A stretch of 63,546 nt of DNA, the filler included, from Octopus bimaculoides (lineage: Eukaryota), in assembly GCF_001194135.2 (NCBI RefSeq). It is 3 parts of 3 records of this genome, joined end to end, with 100 filler letters (N's around TTAATTAATTAA, not from the genome) between each part and the next. Parts side by side here need not be neighbours in the genome. Positions count along the whole stretch, not along the records: positions 36,826 to 63,546 come from NC_068985.1; 2 more parts are not named here. One strand, given 5' to 3'. Made by a program: the position numbers and the translations under genes. Under the pieces are notes generated by a model. The model was not told the origin of the DNA and did no database searches. It saw only the letters and a program-made list of their open reading frames with translations. Positions 37,005 through 51,594 of this stretch are shown here, in pieces. Position 1 is the first letter of the stretch, and each line of letters opens with the position of its first letter.

Positions 37005-39823
37005 TATATATATATATTAATGTTTGTTATGTCGAATTATAATAAAAGCAATTTTACATTAAGGTACCGATCAAGCACTCTGGTATATTCCAAGTTCTGG
37101 TTAACCGCATCGAATGATATGGAATAACTAGGGACTATTTAAGGTAAACAATCACACGGTATTTCACCAGATGTATAAATCCCGAGTTCTATTAGCTAGA
37201 TTAAAAACTGTTTACTGAGTGTATATTCAAGACATTAAAATAAAGATTGCGAATTATACATCTACGCACGTTTTATTATTACAGTCTTTTATACAGTATA
37301 TTCTCTTTAAACCTCTTCTCCACATATGTCTCTGCTGCATGGATAACTTGTTATATGGTATTCATTTGCATCCTGTTTGTTCGGCTGCATTCAGATTTCA
37401 TCCTGGCTAAAATGCAGTTTTATTGAAGGTGTTGCTACTAGTAGAGTTTGAAACGAATTAAAACATAATGGCTTTGACAGTCATATATCTTAGGTAGGGG
37501 TCAATTTGTGATGAGTGCAAAGAATAGCAGAGGTAGTAGCGAGAAATATGATATGGCTGTAAAATCTGTTATCGTTACAACACCAAAGCCCTAATGTTTG
37601 GAGCTAGAATTCGGAAAGGCTAGGTGTATTTTGTATCAGACACTATCCATTAACAAGGCATATATTTTCTCTGACAACTACAAAGATTTTGAATGATATT
37701 AGCTCTGGACTACTGGGAGAAGGAATAAACACCTCCTCCACATCACTATCTATTGAACTACAGGTGTTATCATTTAGGTTATTTTCCAGAATTTACGTAT
37801 TAATAGGTCCTAAAGTTAATACGGTTGATTCCAGGGAATTTAGTATTGGATCGACTGTGTCCCTTCCACTGTTTAGCTCAAGTACACTAATCATTTCACT
37901 CGCATTATTATCCAGTGCGGTGTTCAAAATCCGCCTCAGATTCACTATTTATATATTCCGCTAGTCGTTCGTAGTTATTATTATGATTATTATTAACCGT
38001 TAGCACGCCGGGCAAAGTGCTTACCTGCATATATATATATATATATATATANNNNNNNNNNNNNNNNNNNNNNNNNNNNNNNNNNNNNNNNNNNNNNNNN
38101 NNNNNNNNNNNNNNNNNNNNNNNNNNNNNNNGTGTGTGTGTGTGTGTGTGCGTCTGTGTATGTCTGTGTGTCTGTGTGTGAGTGTTTATGTATATATTGA
38201 AAGAAATAAAATGGAGAAAGATGGATGTATGAATAATTTATTTGTATGATATAAAGATGTTGAAAAGTTTTAAAATTAACAATACAAATAAATTATAAGC
38301 TGTAAAGCTCAAAAACAATCGGGAGATGCGAAAAAACCGACATATATGTTTCAGTTCTAGCCCCTAGTTGATATGCAATTCTAAGCATTTGGTTATATGC
38401 TAAGAATAGTATCATTTTTAACTATATGGGGCAGAACTTCTTCAGGATTTTTATAAGCTTATAGATATCTAGGTGGTGATTTATAGATATTAGTGAAGAT
38501 GCCATATAGTAAATAAAGTAAAAATAAACAAAAAATAGAAAAAAATAACCTAAAGAATAAGGGTAAAGAAAGAAGATAAAAAGGATAAAAAATTTAAAAT
38601 ATCAATAATAAATAGAAATTAAAGAACATGTAAAATATATATAGCATAAAATATGTAAAATATATACGGTATAAAATTTAAATAAAAAGAAAAGAATAAT
38701 ACTTAAATATGTAAGGAGAAAATTATATAATAAAATTAATGAAGGATAAGTTAGATCTTAAAAATTATTAGTCAACGATTATATATAAAAATAAATTACT
38801 TTTATTCGTTTGGTAATAGATACAGTTCAGGAAAATTATAGACGAATAGCGATCACATCAGTATGTATCATATTTAAAATCAAGTATAGATTAAAGTTTG
38901 AAAATTGACCGTTAAGTTATTCTTCAATATATATATAAAACATGTATATATTCAAAGTAATGTGTTTACACATTGGCACATGTATAAATATACATACTTA
39001 CGCATGTTTAATGAAGTACACATTATATATATATATATATATNNNNNNNNNNNNNNNNNNNNNNNNNNNNNNNNNNNNNNNNNNNNNNNNNNNNNNNNNN
39101 NNNNNNNNNNNNNNNNNNNNNNNNNNNNNNNNNNNNNNNNNNNNNNNNNNNNNNNNNNNNNNNNNNNNNNNNNNNNNNNNNNNNNNNNNNNNNNNNNNNN
39201 NNNNNNNNNNNNNNNNNNNNNNNNNNNNNNNNNNNNNNNNNNNNNNNNNNNNNNNNNNNNNNNNNNNNNNNNNNNNNNNNNNNNNNNNNNNNNNNNNNNN
39301 NNNNNNNNNNNNNNNNNNNNNNNNNNNNNNNNNNNNNNNNNNNNNNNNNNNNNNNNNNNNNNNNCATATGTGTAGATGTGTATGCATTAATGCACGCCTC
39401 TACGCATGTATGTATGTATGCATGCCTGTATGTATGTATGTATCTATCAACTTATGTATGGGAATATTTAGGCATATAAGTTTGCAGACGTGTCTGCGTG
39501 TGTGTGTATGTGTATGTACATGTGAACACATACATACATACATACATGCATACATACATACATACATACATATATACATGCGTATAAGCATGCACGCATG
39601 CATACGTATGTACACATATGCATACGCACATCCATGCACACATACACATAGATGCATACGAACATATAAGCATACATACTTACATACACACATACACACA
39701 TATGAACTAACTGTTACTTTCTCAGATGCAGTACAGAATTCAAAGTGACGAAAATATTTTCACAAATTAAATTTGAATATTGAAGTGAATCGAACGGTAT
39801 TTGTGTGTTTTTAAATGGCTTAA

Positions 39824-40126
39824 AAGCACTTTCCACTCTGCAATTGTTTATATAAGACAACGACATATGTAGGCGAAACAGCAAGGAGTATAGGGGAGCG
39901 GGCAAACGAACATTGGAGGGAACTTAAGGAAGGGAAGAACTCATCAGTTCTGTACCAGCACGCTGAGCAAGAACATAGAGGCTCAATCAACAACATAGAA
40001 ATTAAAATTTTATCTACACATAGCAGTGATGCACCACTTAGACAAATTACTGAAGCTACACACATAATAGAAGGGAAACCTAGCCTGAATAGGAAACTAG
40101 AATGGAACACTAACATACGCCACTAA
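39824..40126 (+). mobile_element. Penelope-like GIY-YIG endonuclease C-terminal fragment
   Basis: Open frame CNCLYKTTTYVGETARSIGERANEHWRELKEGKNSSVLYQH...RQITEA...LNRKLEWNTNIRH*. Confidence 0.9.
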
Positions 40127-41049
40127 CAAACCACAGCATGTGACAACATGCTACCCATAAACCAATAATAGGAACAAAGTATAATACAATACATNNNNNN
40201 NNNNNNNNNNNNNNNNNNNNNNNNNNNNNNNNNNNNNNNNNNNNNNNNNNNNNNNNNNNNNNNNNNNNNNNNNNNNNNNNNNNNNNNNNNNNNNNNNNNN
40301 NNNNNNNNNNNNNNNNNNNNNNNNNNNNNNNNNNNNNNNNNNNNNNNNNNNNNNNNNNNNNNNNNNNNNNNNNNNNNNNNNNNNNNNNNNNNNNNNNNNN
40401 NNNNNNNNNNNNNNNNNNNNNNNNNNNNNNNNNNNNNNNNNNNNNNNNNNNNNNNNNNNNNNNNNNNNNNNNNNNNNNNNNNNNNNNNNNNNNNNNNNNN
40501 NNNNNNNNNNNNNNNNNNNNNNNNNNNNNNNNNNNNNNNNNNNNNNNNNNNNNNNNNNNNNNNNNNNNNNNNNNNNNNNNNNNNNNNNNNNNNNNNNNNN
40601 NNNNNNNNNNNNNNNNNNNNNNNNNNNNNNNNNNNNNNNNNNNNNNNNNNNNNNNNNNNNNNNNNNNNNNNNNNNNNNNNNNNNNNNNNNNNNNNNNNNN
40701 NNNNNNNNNNNNNNNNNNNNNNNNNNNNNNNNNNNNNNNNNNNNNNNNNNNNNNNNNNNNNNNNNNNNNNNNNNNNNNNNNNNNNNNNNNNNNNNNNNNN
40801 NNNNNNNNNNNNNNNNNNNNNNNNNNNNNNNNNNNNNNNNNNNNNNNNNNNNNNNNNNNNNNNNNNNNNNNNNNNNNNNNNNNNCATATATACATACACA
40901 TATATACAAATGTATACATATATACAAATGTATACATATATACTCGTACATACACGTATTCGTATTATCAACACAAATTATATAGCTATAATTATATATG
41001 TAGTGGCAAGTGCGGTCTTTGTAATATGGAAATATGGCTCATGTGGAAA

Positions 41050-43660
41050 AGTTTCTTGGACCCCGCTATATCTTTAAATTCAAGAGGTGACCTTTTTGGA
41101 TCCACATGTCACAAAATACAGATTCTTTGCCCTTACTAAAAATCTGGCATACGACAATAAAGAACGTACAGCAGACTATCCAGCCTCAGCAATTTTTCAC
41201 TCGTGCAATCAGCCATCAGACCCTATATTTCATCAGTTGTCATCGGCCTTGTACAGAACCCTGCATCGCGAAGCGTTAGCCATAACCAGCAGCCGAGGTA
41301 AGCAATAAAGTTCACTCCAGTCTTTGATCCACCCTCTTCCTTAAACATATACACCAATTGTCACTAAAAAACCCACACTTCTGCTTGGAATCGAGTAACA
41401 AGCACCCCTCGTGATCTATCAAAGACCGAATTATGGCTTTGTTGCCGCGTTGCGCTTCTGTCAACCGGATCATTAAACGGCTTTTGCTCTTTCAGCGTGT
41501 TAATCTTCGTGTTTATTGTTGAGGAATCGGTCAAGAGCCTTCTCACTGCTAGTAACTGTGGGAATACCTTTTCTGAGCGTCTTTTCTAGGTTACTTACTT
41601 GCTCTTTCTCTTCTCTAGAATTCTCTATCATTAATTCCCCACTAAGCTTTATTGAGTCTTATCTAATAGTCCGTTTACACGGCTAACTGGTATTTATTTC
41701 TTTGGGAATTTCTTTTAGCAACTGTTTCTTGTTCCCTAATCAGGCCGCTATAATTTTGGCATTCCGGAAAAGACGTGTTCAGTTCCCAGTAACAAGGTCC
41801 TTTCTATGAAGCCTATCTAGAAAGACCATACGGATCACAAATTTGTAGTCCGTGTAGCCAACTGCTTTGACGTCTGAATAACCTATGCTACTCGTATGTT
41901 CAGAATGATCTCTCTAAATTCAAATTGGATGACCCGATGCTATTTGTGTCCGGGTACAGGTAAATCGACCGTATCTGAAGGTTCAGACCTTTCTGAAACA
42001 GCATAGCTAACATAGCCCTTTATGTCGCTCCGTGTAAGAAATGCGAATATCTCAAAATTGCTAAAAATTGGTGCTAAGGCACGTGTGCTTGAAATCCTGG
42101 TCTGGCTGATAGCTATCAAAACCACACCTAGAAATCTGAGGTCATTGAGCAGGTGACCCTGCTTCCAGAGTGGTCCCAATACACAGGTATTTATATACCC
42201 CACCCTCAGAGTAGTCATGTTGGTAGAAAGAAAAAGTGGAGACAGGGTTAATTAATATTTGGTTGGTTCCAGAGACTGAGTGACTCTGTCGCTATGGAAT
42301 TTTTGAGGTTCCTTTGTGAAACTTACTGTTGGCCCTGCGCCCGGACTTCTTAGATCTGTGGAGAAATTCTACCCCAATATTTTGTGTCTCCACGTCTAAC
42401 CTTAATAATTCAAAATTTTTTTGGGGCGTGGCTTAGGAAGTATGGACCTGAAGATCCATTTCTCTGTTTCATTGTTTACATTTTTCCTTCGAAGTAAAGT
42501 TGTTTTGTTTTTTGTTATTGTTATTGAAGATAATGTTGGATTGTCTTTGTTTGGGGGTGCTTTTCCGTTCGTATGAATTTCCCAACTTTATTTGTTGGTG
42601 TGCTTTTCATTTTCCGTTCTTTTTGTTTATTACTTTTGACCATTTGGTTCTTTCCCTGTCACCTTCTCTACACTACGGGCCTGAGTGGCTGTAGATGAAG
42701 AAGCGCATGTCTTGGGAGTCATTGTCTTCTTGTTCTTTTGTTGTTGTCCGAAATGCTTTCAGTTGCTGCTGGTCTTGGCGGTGTGGTGGCCCTTGAGGGC
42801 AGCGTTTCTTTTGTTGTTTTGTTTCTGTTGCTTCAACTGTTATTGTTGCTGTTTCTGTTGTCACTGTTCCTAGTGATTCTACTACTATTATTGCTGCCTT
42901 TACACCTGATAATTTTACTGTTGCTCTTGCTGACATTGTCGCTGCTGTGGACGTATACTTCCATTTGTGCCGCTGCTGTTTTTGTTGTTCTCGTTGCTTT
43001 TTCTATTGTGGTGATGATGTTCTATTGTGGTGATGATATTCTATTGTGGTGATGATGTTCTATTGTGATGATGAAGTGGGGGTCTTGCTTCATCCTTGTT
43101 TACTGTGGAAGGAAAGCTTTGAGATGGTTTGTATCTTGACACAAGTGATAACTTGGCTCTATGCCCTCAATGGCCGCAGACAATTGTCAACCACTAGGGG
43201 AATTGATCAGATATGGGATGGCTTCCATGCTTTTTTGGCTCGTGTTTTTCAGCCAGTTTTTTCTTCTGTATTCTTTGGTTTTGACCTCTACATCAAAGAG
43301 GACCACCGCCACAAACCAGCAAATGTTAACTTTTGGTAAGGTTTATTCTCACTACCTTTCGGCCGAGGTAGATTGGTGTGGGAAGAAGTTCGTCACACTT
43401 TAGGGTTGTTAAGGTGTGCATTATAGCCTCATCCTCGAAAATCACATCTCTGCCCTTTCGAAATTTTCCCCAAGTTACGAACATTTTGGTACCCCACATT
43501 AGTCAACGTTACTTTTCTATTTGCTATTGTATCGCTTTCTCTATTTTCTCGTCTTCTCAATCCTATACATGTGTAAATAATAGTTTTGCAATTGGCTTCT
43601 TGCCGGATGGATTCTGACATATCTAAGGATATATTTCGGCCATGGCTTGGAAGCATAACT
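41050..43660 (-). mobile_element. Decayed Tx1/L1-clade LINE (ORF1 remnants plus ORF2 endonuclease start)
   Basis: ORF2 start at 42218: MTTLRVGYINTCVLGPLWKQGHLLNDLRFLGVVLIAISQTR (APE N-terminus). Upstream AIEGIEPSYHLCQDTNHLKAF resembles a degenerate ORF1 Zn knuckle. Many stops. Confidence 0.7.
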
Positions 43661-44003
43661 CAGTCATACCTTGGAAGGGTTATTACGGTTCTGCGCTAGA
43701 AAAACAGTAACGGCTCAATTTGTTAATCGCAATGTTTGAATCTTTTACTGTGATGGTGTTGATGGTGGCGGTGTTGGTATTGGTGGTAGTCACCGTTCTG
43801 TTGCTGGAATTTACAGGTATATTGAAACAACAGTTAATTTTTCTGTTACGCTCTTGCATTGTGCTGTTGTTGCTTTAGTTGGCACTGGTGGTGGTGCTGT
43901 GGTTTAACAAGTGGAAGGTGTTGTCCACAGTTTCTTGAATGACAGTTAATATGAAATAAAACGAACGAGCTACGCGAAGTGACATTTTAACACCACAACA
44001 AAA

Positions 44004-44038
<35 letters not shown>

Positions 44039-44084
44039 ATAATAATAATAATAGTAGTAGTATTAACAATAAGCCCTTCCATTC

Positions 44085-44260
44085 TAGTCACAAAGCCTGA
44101 AATTTTGAGGTGTAGCCTTGGCGATTACATGGGCTCCATTGCTCAAGTGGTACTTATTTTACCGATCTCAAAAGGATGAAAGGCAATGGCAACCTCTGTA
44201 GTATTTGATCGCAGAACATAAAGAGCCAGAAGAAATGCCACTGAGCATTCTGTCTGACGT
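44085..44260 (-). mobile_element. SINE family C
   Basis: caagtggtacttattttaccgatctcaaaaggatgaaaggcaa..gtatttgatcgcagaac. Confidence 0.7.
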
Positions 44261-44365
44261 GCTGATGATTCTTCTAATAATCATTACAAAAAGTATGGAA
44301 CGTACACATATATACATACATTTATATGTGTATTTATACGTATATTGTTACTTAAATGTACATAC

Positions 44366-44422
<57 letters not shown>

Positions 44423-45959
44423 TGTATTTGTGAATATGTGTGTATAAATGCTAACAATTTCTAAAATATGCAATTATTGTGTAAAATAGAAGAAAATTTC
44501 AATGTTTAAAATATGTTAATTTCTGATAAACTTCATACAGAATCACAGAAGTGTTAGTTTTGTATGCATGCACTTAAAATATTTTTTCAAATATTTTCTT
44601 CGTTTATTGAGAGTGAAAAGAATTCCGTCTTACGTTTAAATTATTTGTAAGCATCCACAATTTTCTAGCGATAAACATCCCTATGAATGTAAACTTGAAG
44701 AGAACTGTGCGAAATTAATAATAAATAAAATCAAAATAGAATCCTTTAAATAGTATTAACAAGAAGCAATAAATCAATTAACAAAATCATGTGTAAATCT
44801 TTGAAATTCAAAACAAAGAACCAACATTGAATATCGAATTCTGTAAACTAATTAGTGTTCTGATCGAATATATAATAATATAATTTGCATGTGCTGAGAT
44901 GAAAATTATTCGAATTTGTGCAGAAATCACAAAGTAAATTCGAATTTTGATATCGTTGTTTTTCCAATTATTATATGATATGACGCATTTCTAAAGAAAT
45001 CATAAGTGTAATTTTGGTGTCGCTTCATATTTTGCCCACATTTATGTATTGCTCAGAAAATCTGATATTATTTGATATTAATTTGTATAAAATGTAGTAT
45101 ATCAAGTGGTAATAAATATTTTTCTATGATTAAAGGTAATTTACTATTTCACCCACTCTACAAACTTTGAACATATACAGTTTCTGGAATAGAATATATA
45201 AATCTGAACAAGCTCAAGTAACATATTAAATAGAAACGAGTCAAATAACGCATATACGCAGTTTCTTGACCAGTTAAAAATCAGCAAACATCAATAATAA
45301 AATAATAAAATATTGCATCGGTTAGTCACAATTACACCCCCCCCCCACACACACAGAAGATCGAGATGTCATTTATCATAGTTCTTAATTAGAACTAATC
45401 TAGCTTAATCACAATCAAAGCTTCTACAAGCATACAATGATTATTTGCATAATATATATTAGCAATGCATGCGTTAGAACATGGGTGAATTTAACTCAAT
45501 AAATCAAAACTTTCAAGGAAGTTAATGAATAAATTACAATAGGAAGCAATTTTATTTAACTGTACCCTAACTAGAAGACAACAACAATTTATATGAAACA
45601 AAGCGTAGTCAGTAAAAATGACATCGTGTGTATAATAAAAAGCAACATTGAAACCTTTTAATTCAGCGTCTGGAAATTTTGAAAGTTCAGTTCGAGGAAT
45701 TCTTTTCCTCTTCTAGATACCAATAATAGTTAGAATAAGGATTAATTTCAAGTACATATTGTAAAATAGTCAAGTTCAAATGAAGAAAATATCCTGTTAA
45801 ACTTTCGTTTGAACTTTCAGGTCAAGTTTCGGTACCATTTAGTAGAAAGTTTGTTACATTCGAAAAACAAGTACATAAGATTGGTTGGCAAAGTCCAGAA
45901 ATATTTTATGCCTTCCCAACTACTGTATGTCTCCTTATCGGCCACTGTAACACAGAAAA

Positions 45960-46760
45960 AGTCATATATAAAAGAGAAGTAACGTCAAAGAACACAAAGA
46001 GTAGTATGTGGGTGTGAAACAAGGTTTGTTCAGAATCAGATTCAACGACCATAAGTCCTCACTGACTATCCAGGAGCGATGCAGTGTCACAGCTCTGGCA
46101 AGATATGTATGGTCGTTGATAGAAAGCGCCACGGATAACAATATAAATCTTGAAGAATTCAAACCTTATTCTACTAATAGCAAAAAGTGCAGGTCTCACA
46201 AAGAAAAGTATTACGTCATACAATTCTTGCCACCCAGATATCTACCTAAACTAAAAGCTATTCACCCGTGCCCATATCAGAGAAGGTATCATGCTATCCT
46301 ACAGACTGTATCATGATTATAAATACTAGGATTTCCAGGAGCGACCCTCCCTCTACGACATCCTGAGAACCAAGCAACGTTTTTGTCCAAACCCAAGCAT
46401 GGTGTTAAAGGTTAGAACAAAACCCCCCTACACGTATATATCAATACAACGTTCATTCCAACCTTTTAAAACACTTCTACACATATATTTAAACCCCAGA
46501 CTCTTGATGCGACACAGCTAACTCAGATGGTTTGGTGCGAAGGTATATAACAATTGATAAATCCCATTTTATTACCTCCGGCAATTTCATTTTCTCATTC
46601 TCCTGCACCACCTACAAACCAGATGTGCTCCTTCTCATCTCCTACAACCGGGAGCAGCCGATATATTTTTTCCATATCTACCATTCCTGAAGATTTGTAT
46701 TAGATAACGGCACTGTTACCTAATATCCGGTGCTGTAATGGAACGACAATGGTCTACACT
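45960..46760 (+). mobile_element. Penelope-like GIY-YIG fragment plus 3' region
   Basis: YVGVKQGLFRIRFNDHKSSL...ALARYVWSL...PYSTNSKKC; downstream hammerhead-like remnant at 46680-46753. Confidence 0.75.
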
Positions 46761-46948
46761 TTGATACACACACAGAGACACATACGTGTGCCTGTGTATA
46801 TANNNNNNNNNNNNNNNNNNNNNNNNNNNNNNNNNNNNNNNNNNNNNNNNNNNNNNNNNNNNNNNNNNNNNNNNNNNNNNNNNNNNNNNNNNNNNNNNNN
46901 NNNNNNNNNNNNNNNNNNNNNNNNNTATATATATATATATATATATAT

Positions 46949-48480
46949 TTGGCTAAGTTGAGGCCCAAATATTCTTACAATTCACTGGTCCCACTCCCGA
47001 TCTATGCGGTCGCTATATCGATGACTGATCACCACAAATCAACCTTTGATAACATAGTCAAGGGTATCTCGATCTGTATATCTGACCTCTCTTCCATTGA
47101 GAAAATATTCACTAACCACAGCTTCTCTCAGCAAATTAAATACACCCCTAATACTAGGCTCAAGCAACATATATCTCAAATCACATCGCAACGACACACC
47201 AACCATCAGAATCACAACAGATCACACATACACTATGCTAGAACCCCGGTAGAACCCGCATTCAGACAACCTAGACCCCACCACACACGCACACATATAA
47301 CACTAGGTCAAAAGCTAAAACAGATAAAACAGCTAACAACAACGGGCCATGCTTCACCCCTCCATTTTCCAGAAATATAGATAGCACTACCTTTAAGCAC
47401 CCCCACCAAAAAAGGGGTGGACACTCTATTTTATAGTATACACCCCTTCTCACTAAACGTTAAGAACTTAGCTAAATCCTTCTTTAATATATTGGACTTC
47501 AACTTCCCTCGTCAACATAGATATTACTCTATCTTTAATAGATCTATCCTGAAGCTATCCTATTCCGCCCCACTCAACTTCGAGTCTATCATAGCATCCT
47601 CAAATAAGCAGAAACTTTCTCTCTACTATCAACACTCACACTATAACAACTTTGAATACACGAGCGCCCAACATTAACACAGGTTCAACATTGAACCCCA
47701 TACGTTAGACCACAGCCATAACCCAACCTATCCTACTAACGCTAGCCAAAATACTACCACAACTTACACTACCGTTACAGTTAAAATATTTAACAACAAC
47801 GGTAGCAATAATAACAATAATAGTAATAATAATAGTAATAACTTAGACTTTTCTACACCATCTCTACCCTCTCCTCTGACAGTATTACCTCTTCCATTCC
47901 TGAAAATAATTCCCAAAATATACCCACTTGTAACTTCCGTCCAGGGTCTATCTGCCCTCTACAAACCCATTATAGAAAATCTAATGTAATTTATAAATGC
48001 ACCGTCCTCAACACATTACACAATTCTACAGCTATATATATAGGGTCAACCATAATTTTAAACAGCGATATGCCGTACATCTCAATTATTTTACATACGA
48101 GAGACACAGTAAATCCACAACACTCGCCAGTCACATACATCATCTCAAAAATAGAAATATTCCATATATTTTGCCATGGTCCATAATAGATTGAGGGTTT
48201 TCATACCAAAGTCAGCGCTCAACCTGTAAGTTCTGCCTATAGGAGGCATTCCACATATTAAAACACAACTCCTTGACACTACTAAATAAATGTAATGAGG
48301 CCCTAAGTAAATGCAACCACCACTTTTTTCATACCTTCAAATTTTACCACTAATCTAAATGCAACATAAATGACCACACAGCATATATCCACAACACCCA
48401 TTAGGTAGATCCCAACAACCCTACTTAACTTTCTTTTATCTCTATTTTAATTGTTAATTTTAATTTTCTTAACTCCCCTA
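46949..48480 (+). mobile_element. Penelope-like element 3' half (RT thumb/linker + GIY-YIG), frameshifted
   Basis: HHKSTFDNIVKGISI; HPFSLNVKNLAKSFFNILDFNFPRQHRYYSIFNRSILKLSYS; NVIYKCTV...YIGST...RHSKSTTLASHIHHLK...WSII. Confidence 0.9.
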
Positions 48481-48724
48481 TCTTACTTTAAGGATCTCAA
48501 TCATTTAATACTATGTATATGGACATACAAGCGGATACATGTGTGAGTGTATAAATGTGTGTGCATGTATTTTTATGTATGTATATGCATGTGGGCTTAT
48601 GTATGTATGTATGTATGTATGTATGTATGTATGTATGTATGTATGTATGAATGTATGTATATATATATATATATATATATNNNNNNNNNNTGTATGTATG
48701 TATGTATGTATGTATGTATGAATG

Positions 48725-48764
<40 letters not shown>

Positions 48765-49285
48765 CAATGAGAAGTGTGTCTTTGGTGCTAAAAATAATTT
48801 TTTAATTAGTTAATCATGGTGAGGGTAAGAGTGAATTTACAGCTATCTATATATCTATTCCTTAGAGGGTTTAAACACCTCTGACTTATACCTTATATAA
48901 TATATATATATATATACACGCATATATATATGTGTGTTTATGTATATGTACGTGCATATGTCTATACAAATATATATGAGTGTGTGTATGTGTATATATG
49001 TATAGGTAAGTACCTGTATGCAGTGGGTATATGTATATATTTTTTGTTCTATGTGTGCCATAAATATCGCCATCCACTTAGAGAAAAATTTGTAGTTTAG
49101 AATCAGTAGTTCTTTGACTGCTATTTCTAAATTTTCAGTATGTTGGAGAAGCAACTCAATGCTAATCCCTGTATATTTATGATGATAAATGGTTTTACCG
49201 ATAAAGGTTTTTTCATACTGAACTACTTGGCAAAATTGTTAATTATTAATTCTATTATTAATTGACGATTCCCTGCCCTTATTCT

Positions 49286-49326
<41 letters not shown>

Positions 49327-49689
49327 GTGTGTGTATGTATATGTACGTGTATATGTATATACAAATATATATGAGTGTATGTATATGTATATATATATAT
49401 ATATATACGTAAGTACCTGTATGCGCGCGTGCGTGTGACTGTGTGTAAGCGCGTCTGTATGTGCGTATGCATGTATGTGTATATGTATGCGCACGCATTT
49501 GTGTATGAATACATTTACGGGATGCGCGTGAGCATGCACGTGCATATATATGTATGTGTATGTATATGCGTATGCATATATACGTGTATGTGTGTGTTTA
49601 TGTATGTAATCATATGCGCACATCTATATGTACGTGTGTGCGCGCGTACGTATGTCATTATACCTTCTTTCCTTCTATCTGATTTCTAC

Positions 49690-50620
49690 CTATTACATTA
49701 ACCTATCACGTACGTCTATTTATAGAAATTTGACATCTTTGTATTCTTCCCTCCTTAAATTTTAGTACTAAAACTACTACGTATCACACCACCCATACCA
49801 TTTCTCTACCCATCCCCTAATGCAGCCCTATCATATCACCCCTACTCACATATCTCACACTTATTCACTCTTTACCTTCTCATCTCTTCCTAGCCATCTT
49901 CCCACACTCCTCTCCTATTCTCCCCTCACATTATCTTGGCCACCAAGTACCACTCCTTTTCTCACTTCTTTCACCCTTTCTTTACGTTTTCATTCTTTCC
50001 ACTTTTTCTCTTTTTTCTTTCTTCCTCTATTTTATTTGGTATTTCTTTTTTTCTTTTTCTTATTTTCTCTCTTTCTTCCTTTCATTTTCTCTTCCTGTCT
50101 TCATTTTGACCTATCTCCTCATTCTAATCATACACATCTCTCCCCTTAACTACCCGCAAATACTACCAATACATTCTCAAATTTTCATTCACACCACAAA
50201 ATCCCTTCGAATGAGCAACACAGAATCCACGACTCCATACTTTGAAATGACTAAACATGAACTACTATTTGAACTTACATACCACGTACAGTAACTTTTT
50301 TTACCACTTCTATACACCACTTTACTCAAATAATGGAACTGCAACTACAATATTTGATATTTTATTTCTACTTTCATTCTTGTATTCCCTACAATATTTT
50401 ATAGCTTATTTCTACTTTCATTCTTGTATTCCCTCTATAGTCCCTATGTCCTCCTTTTCCATAATAATTCCTAATTACGAACTCAAATATTTACCTATAT
50501 TTAACCATCTCACATCGTCTCTGATGAAGGAATATCAATAATATCTCAGAAACAGGTGTAAGACTATATCTCTTTTTTAATAAATGTCATGAAAACTCCT
50601 CACAGCCTTGGCTTTGTTAT
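49690..50620 (+). mobile_element. Penelope 3' region/pLTR carrying the hammerhead at 50517
   Basis: Colinear with the reverse complement of 58790-59580. Confidence 0.75.
50517..50564 (+). ncRNA. Minimal type I hammerhead ribozyme motif (second copy)
   Basis: GTCT-CTGATGA-A-GGAATAT-CAATA-ATATCTC-A-GAA-ACAGGTGT-A-AGAC. Core intact, stem I perfect, one mismatch in stem II, one change in the stem III palindrome. Confidence 0.7.
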
Positions 50621-51594
50621 CTCATTTTGTCTAATATATATATATATACAAGCACACACATATATAAACACTTTCATGTATTCATATACTTATATATATT
50701 CTTAGGTACATCCACTGTCACACATAAAAATATGAATATATATACTCGGCTTACGCGCATAATCACAAAAAATACATACATACATATACCCTTAGACTTA
50801 AATATTTACAAACAAATATATCAGAACAATAAAAGTATAATGCCGAATACTTGCTTAAATACACATAAACATGCATACGCACACATACGCTAGACGATCA
50901 TTGAATAGTAGGACAGAAAAAACAGCTAAACATAAAAAAACACTGACATAAGACAGGTTAACAAAGTTTAAATGTATAGTAAGAAATGCATAAATGTATG
51001 CTCGTAAATACCTTGCTACAAATCCGGAAAATACATTTATTTATATCATAATTAGAGTGTAGTTTTTATGCAGATGTGTGCAGATAGGATAGTCAGTATC
51101 AATAACTGAAAACAGAAATGAAAGAGTGGATGAAGAACAGAGATTAAAATATATGAATTAACAGGAATTAGAAAGTAACTGATGTAAGAAGTGAACTATC
51201 AGAAACATATGGGAGACATACTATATTTAGTCGAAGCAGTACAGTGCAACATTGTAGTAATATAGAAAGGTAGTGTAGTAGGTGAGGAATCTATCATGAA
51301 AATTACTATTACACGAAATGATGTTAAATAGAGTAAGATCCTAAAGGCGCGGGCAAGTGAGGTACCTTAAGAAACTATCATTAAGTACAAATTAAGATAG
51401 AATAACAAGAATTGTCTGATGAGAATTATGTCTTTTCTTTATTAGCAGAGAAAGGTATTTCATAAATGATCTGTACATCACATAACCAATTCATTAGATT
51501 TTAAATCCTTACTTCGTTAAACTATCATACTCTACTACTTCTAACATAGCTGGTGTTATACGTAGGATTAATTATAAAAGACTAAACAGTCTTA

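Noticed and set aside
37064-37104. Possible terminal exon STDQALWYIPSSG* in phase 1
   Set aside because: Acceptor is AAG with a poor pyrimidine tract; too short to distinguish from chance.
38905-40974. Long ORFs made mostly of X (also at 12927-13248, 46720-46968, 56157-56762, 57951-58499)
   Set aside because: They only run through N gaps.
42673-43052. Hydrophobic Leu/Val-rich ORFs
   Set aside because: Antisense reading of the low-complexity LINE ORF1 tail plus a short tandem repeat (ttctattgtggtgatgat).
49820-50541. Phe/Leu/Ser-rich membrane-like ORFs
   Set aside because: Pyrimidine-rich Penelope 3'/pLTR sequence also present inverted at 58790-59580.
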